Source of the DNA: Antedon mediterranea
Lineage: Eukaryota > Animalia > Echinodermata
Direction of reading: 5' to 3'
DNA length: 64,000 bases
Assembly: GCF_964355755.1 (NCBI RefSeq)
Contig: NC_092674.1
Span: 15,934,001 to 15,998,000 of the forward strand
Shown piece by piece: positions 60,398-64,000 of this stretch. The notes beneath the pieces were generated by a model that made no database searches, was not told the DNA's origin, and was given only the letters and a program-made list of their open reading frames with translations. The position numbers were made by a program, and so were the translations under genes. Positions within the stretch are counted from its first letter, which is position 1. Every line of letters begins with the position of its first letter.

Positions 60398-61948
60398 ACT
60401 AGATTTAATTCGTCACTATGACGAATTATAGGTTACTGTAATAAATTACCATTCCTTAACATGAACATTCTAGAATAAGATGTTTTGATTTAAGAAAACA
60501 TGTATAATTAATAAGATCAGGCGAAAACATGTATAATTAATAAGATCAGGAACATTCCTGAAACTGTAATCTCATAGAATAAGAAGTATGAAGAATGATC
60601 TAGAAGGATAGGAACATCTTGTATATAAAGGGATGTAAAACTATTGTAAGGTTGTTGGATATTCGATTGTAAAAGTTATTGTGAAGCTGTTGTTTAAAGT
60701 GCTTACTGGATTGTTAAAAGTTGAAGTTGATTGAAATTAAAGCTTAATTGTTTTTAGTTATTTAACAACTTTGTGGATTTTGTGTGTATACTTTTATGTC
60801 ACAAGGGAGTTCCTAAAGTATTTTCAACCGCTCGGAAACATACGTAAGAGGAGTTCGTGACAGTTACATGCATTGATTAATATAAAGATAAACGATTTTT
60901 AAAAGATTTATTGATTGATTGATTTTCTCAAAATCTTTAATTATTTATTAATATATGATAGGATCTTGCTAACGCCAATACAATAACCGGTATCACAATT
61001 CGATCAAAGATCCCTCTGCGTATAATGTCATAAACCACATTTGTTACATAATAATAAAGACAAGTTACTTTTTATCTCGATTTCATTATAAATCATGTGT
61101 ATAATCTATATACTAAGAAATAAATAAAATTGAACAAACAAAACGGGTAATATAAAAAAATCTTATTTCGTTTCATTTGCCAAGATGAGACTCGAACTCG
61201 GTACCTTGAATGCTATAGACACGCACAGACCACAACTGACTAAAAGTTGTAGAAAGATTCCTCCGTGTATTTACTATACACTAACCACTTTGGTGCAAAT
61301 AGATTATTACATACCGCAACGAATTATAATATTTTACTATTTACATCTTTAAAAATTGTTAAAAATTATGCACTGTCAAACTATATACTTTTAACTTTAA
61401 TATATGAACATTTTAAGGAAGAAAATTTGTTATTTTGGCCTAAGAAAATGTCATAATTTGTTTGATTGTCGAAATTAATTAAAAAAAATTTAATATGCAA
61501 TTAATGATGACTTAATCGAGTTTTTTCTCATAATTTCATAATAAATAATACATATGATACATACACTTCAAGAAAATGAAATAAAAAATAGGTGTTCCCG
61601 AACATTGTGTCGATCTATATTAATTAAAAAATTTAGCATATTTTCACCATTTTGTTAACTTACACGTGCGTAGCCTGTCACTTTTGACGTGCTCGTATAC
61701 CGCAAATTCGCATTGAAAAGTGAATAAAATATTACGACATTAAAGAAAGGTTGGAATATAGAAATCAGACAAAAAGAGTGCGCACTCATGGCAATTTTTT
61801 AAACACTTAAATTTTCCTGAAACGTACTCTAGATGAAACTGATATCAAGATAAGAGGGACAAAATAGTGCTAATATAAGGAAAGAATAAATAAATAAAGA
61901 TTCTCACAGAATCAATAGGTTATATGCATGATAATGCATATAACCTAA
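60398..61948 (-). mobile_element. Helentron-type element (GGTTATATGCAT family) with a solo LTR inserted in its subTIR
   Basis: Both ends as in 46041-47520. Confidence 0.85.
60437..60862 (+). mobile_element. Solo LTR (426 bp, TG..CA, 5-bp TSD GTTAC)
   Basis: TSD at 60432-60436 and 60863-60867; TATATAAAG at ~60623, ATTAAA at ~60736; absent from sister HINE copies. Confidence 0.85.
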
Positions 61949-62589
61949 TAAAAACAAAGGAATCCCACCTTGCATTTATACTTTATGCTATGTCTACCTC
62001 AGTTACATCTAAACTCGTTCATCTGCCTACGGTATTGCAATTCCCATTAATTAAAATAACATTTTCTTCAATATAAAATACCGTAAAATACCTGTATTCA
62101 GTTAATTTTCGCTAGTTACACAACTTTTAATACATATAATTATACGGTAAATAACGCACTCTTATATTAATCTTCATATCCTTAGTGAATGATTATAAGA
62201 TAAATATTACTTGTGAACCAAAAAGAACAACCATAACATTATAATAAATAGTACAGTATAATTCCACTAAAGTCGCTTCAAAAGGTAATACTGCTCTAAG
62301 TTCTTCACATGTATGAAAGATTAATAATATGTTGGCAAAAAAACATCATACACTTGGCATTCAGACTCACGGAGTTACGGATTTATCTACTACGCAAGGC
62401 GTACGGTAATCCGTGGCGTTAAAAGCCAAGGTGTTCAGACACAACGATCAACATTCCAATGCCTTGCGTTTAAAACACTCTGATCAGGTCAAAGCAGATA
62501 GAACTATATGTATACATTCATGACAATGCATGAAAGTTTACATCATTTACATTGTTTTGTTTTTTTTAAAGTTCTTAAAAGTATTTTTT

Positions 62590-63050
62590 GGGGAGTTGAT
62601 AAATCCAAATCAAAGACAAAAGCAATTTGAACCAGTTTGGCTGTAGTAAGGGTGTTTCGACCGTTGATGCGCTTGTTTTATGTTTTACTGCGACTGATGT
62701 TCATAAGGAAGAGGGTTGAGTCTTGTTAATTAAAATTGCCTCCAAAGTCACACACCCTGTGGTATTCTCCCGTTTGGGGTATTCCAAGAAGAAAGGATAT
62801 ATTTAATTTAATACCGGTACGTTATCTTCGGTTACACAAGACATTTTCAACAAAGTTACGAGAGATCTCTTGCATTTTTGGGCCTCAAATCACTTAAAGA
62901 TCGCCGAACCTGGCTGAGCAGGCAACATTTCCAGAAATTAAAGAATGAAAATAACAGACTTAATCATTTATTACCGAAACGGCGGTTCAATCTTAAAATA
63001 GACATAGTAGTGAATTTGCAAATGAAAATCCAGTATTCTAAATTCAATTG
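62590..63050 (+). mobile_element. Degenerate LINE RT fragments
   Basis: NLNQFGCSKGVSTVDAL and GLKSLKDRRTWLSRQHFQKLKNENNRLNHLLP. Confidence 0.65.
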
Positions 63051-64000
63051 GCCACTGATTGACATCACAACATAGTCGATACTTTTTACATGGATTCATA
63101 TCTACAATTGAACCGCTTCCAAAAAAGTAACAATCATGAAAATCACTTTCAATTCGGAGGAGCTATAAGAGATAGAAATATGCTGTAATGATTAAAACCA
63201 TATGACTTCATCAAAATTAATATATTTGTAACTCATGCGAAAGATAATTGACAATATTAACATCTGGGGGGGGGGGGGGGAATAAAATACGGATATTAAA
63301 TGTGAAGAGAGAAAGAGACAAAAATCCTATATTTAATATTCGGGTGACCATATGATGGCGTCATAACATCAGGGATGTAACAATTTTTAATCATGAATTC
63401 ATATCTACTTTAACTTATCTGCTTGCATAATAAGTTTAAAAAAATTGGGGGTCACCTTTGATCCTAAAGAGCTTTAATAGATTAAAAATTGGCGTTAGTA
63501 TGGCGTGATTTAAAGTAGAAATGGGGGTTTTTTTTTACAAATTACTAGCAAAAAGGTGGAAAAATATAATTAAAAAGAAAAAAACTATTTTTTCCACTCT
63601 AACGTCATTTAAAAATAGTAGGTGCACAACTTCACGTAAATGTCCATATGTTGACAAAGTGATGAAATGTTATGTTTACACATTTTAGAAATACAATGCG
63701 ACACAAAATCGGCAGAAAGAAAAAAGAGAAAAAATAGATGATAGTCAAGTGCGCGGATAACTAAATAGGCCTAGGCCTATATATTTCTTTTCAAGATAGA
63801 GGGCTTCTTTGTGAATGTCAAGGAACAGAAATAACGTTTTGTCATACATTTAGTTTGCATTTCTTCAAAATGGTGCTTTGATCGCATCTTGTATCTTCCT
63901 CTTGTCTGCTTCGTTAGGCAATTTAAATTATGTGAACTTGGTAATTCAGTTGCAGGGAATGTCTAATAAAATTCACAAGTTTTACAGCATTCATTTCTAA

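Larger units (their letters stand above)
58892..63764 (-). mobile_element. Split Helentron-type element (TTATCCGC family) interrupted by nested insertions
   Basis: 58892-59045 matches 51255-51380 and ~63310-63764 matches ~52015-52853. Confidence 0.6.

Overview
AT-rich animal genomic DNA, not prokaryotic; an invertebrate deuterostome (echinoderm-like) is my inference. The window holds one complete spliced gene on the minus strand, a GAP1-family Ras GTPase-activating protein (RASA3/GAP1-IP4BP-like; C2A-C2B-RasGAP-PH-Btk). I reconstructed it by hand as 24 phase-consistent coding exons from 58442 to 9387 (2511 nt, 836 aa), including one GC-AG intron. Introns and flanks are packed with mobile DNA: CR1/L2/Tx1 LINE relics and one near-intact CR1 ORF2, a Mutator transposase relic, Penelope fragments (one with a hammerhead-like core), tRNA-derived SINEs, Helentron-type non-autonomous elements, several MITE types, a solo LTR, a 1.9-kb foldback palindrome and three 23-bp minisatellites. 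The most unusual signals are one SINE body carrying three different 3' tails, a SINE flanked by a 116-bp duplication, a minisatellite expanded from a SINE head, and tiny palindromes resembling P-element excision footprints. No CRISPR array, rRNA or genuine tRNA gene was found. Transposon family names come from recalled motifs, not database searches.
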